Source of the DNA: Nemertoderma westbladi
Lineage: Eukaryota > Animalia > Xenacoelomorpha
Length of the DNA: 64,000 nt
Assembly: GCA_032718475.1 (NCBI GenBank)
Contig: JAUCBJ010001126.1
Location: 1 to 64,000, forward strand
Direction of reading: 5' to 3'
Positions 62,374-64,000 of the stretch are shown here, one piece after another (the first letter of the stretch is position 1; each line of letters begins with the position of its first letter). Under the pieces are notes generated by a model. That model had not been told where the DNA came from. It ran no database searches and saw nothing but the letters and a program-made list of their open reading frames with translations. The position numbers and the translations under genes are program-made.

Positions 62374-64000
62374 TGGTTGTGTGAGACACCACATAAGGAA
62401 GGAGCCTCAGTCTGCTGAAGGGACTCTTAGTTAATTAGGTGAATTAGATAAGCTGGGCTGACCGGAATATGGTGTGTTTCATAAAAAACATGTTTAGGTA
62501 GGCCTAGTGGCTCCGGCGATTGGGCTGTTTACTGGTTTGCCAAGGCCAGGGACAATTCTCCAGGCAGCCAGGATGGTCGTATTAGTTACAAACTTTAAAT
62601 GGACACAGGTAGCATTATAATGTCCATTATACATATAATCTATTTTCTACGTCGTGTTGGAAGGATAGGTGGTGAGTCCACTTGAGCCACCACAACCCCC
62701 CCCCCCCCCACCCCCTCCATATTATAGGAAAGTTAAGGTGTAAATAAAGTTCATAATTAATAAAATAATGTTTAGCTATGAGTCAAAACTATTTTATAAA
62801 TGTAACCGGGAAGAAAGATCTTCCATTTAATAATTTATTATATAATTATTCTGATTTTATTCAGAATAAATTATTTAATAGCTTGCAATTGAATCCTCGC
62901 TGTCTACCAGGGGGGAGGGCTGGTAATTACACCCAAACAAGCGCAATTATAGCAGAGTTGGATGATACACAAGAGTTTAGTTAAGGGAGTTGGTGCTGTA
63001 TGAATGGGAATGGTACAATGGAGGGTCACGCGAGTTTGAGTTTGGGTTTGAGTAAACCAGACAAGTTTGAGCTAGTAAGAGAAAAGGTACCCAGTTTGAG
63101 AAACGGTATCTATAAAGAGATAGGGACTGTTCGATGCTTTGTATCAATCAATATTGAAAATGATGGTTAGACTTGCATCTCGCTTTTAATAACCCTTTAA
63201 TTACTACGAAGTATTTCACCTATCTTTGCCGTGTTTTATTTAAAAAACGTAGGTGGGAGTTATATAAATCGAAGAGTTGTCAAAAAATGGTGTAACCCCC
63301 CCCTGGTAATTAGCTGTTATACAGTATGTGTCGACGTGGGGGAGACCATTTTGATTGCATTACATTGAGAATGTCCTCCAAATTTTAACCCTCTTGTCTG
63401 GTAGAGGAGAGATTCATCAGACACCGCAGGCCATAAAAAACTGTAACAGTAGTCCCAATTCAGTATACAGTAGAAAGCTACACAGCGACACAGTGGCGAA
63501 TTTAGTGGAATGATACATATTGTTGGACATGTGGGGAGCGAAATGAGCGAATTTTTTTAGTTCGAATTTTTTTAGTTCGTTGAAATGTATCATAATTCCA
63601 CAATTGGGTCGTTTGCACAAAAAGTGGCCAAATTCCAGGTTAAAAAACAATTTTCGCCAACCCTATCAAATCATACATATTTCGAAAGCCCTTAAAGTGC
63701 TGATTTCAAATTTCATAGTGGTTCATTTTTTCTACCAATAGCAAAGAAGTTATGGAAGAAAAACGTAACTCTCGTCGGTAACGCTTTGTCTCATATGTAA
63801 CGCAAGTTTAAACCAATCAGGTAGTCGTTAAGAGTTAAAACTGACCAATTAAATAAGATAATAATATGAACGCATTATATTATTATTACAGTACAGGCCA
63901 CCAGAAAACGCAGATTTGTGATCAAATGTGCACCAGTGTAATGTAATGTTGTTGAACGGGACAATTGAACATAATTGACAAAATTAATTGGCAAAATTAA

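Overview
AT-rich invertebrate animal genomic DNA, mostly repeats and mobile elements. Host genes: intronless RPL18 (-), intronless glutaredoxin (+), a three-coding-exon CNBP-like zinc-knuckle gene (-), and a GC-rich PNP/MTA-nucleosidase-fold ORF (+). Mobile content: a young pol-less BEL/Pao-derived LTR element, three LINEs (RTEX-like, CR1/L2-group with a PHD finger, and an RTE fragment), two tRNA-SINEs and several MITE/foldback elements. A ~4.3 kb unit occurs twice, so each copy shows the empty sites for insertions in the other. Highlights: (1) a ~10.6 kb satellite in the CNBP-like gene whose 39-bp unit is the gene's own exon end plus 5' splice site, with the same process starting at the next donor; (2) the LTR element has no tRNA primer-binding site but a 9-nt sequence complementary to its own LTR, suggesting Tf1-like self-priming; (3) an intact NCLDV/iridovirus-like VLTF3 ORF; (4) two foldback insertions with a one-sided extension and 12-14 bp target duplications. 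All family calls are by motif recognition, without database searches.
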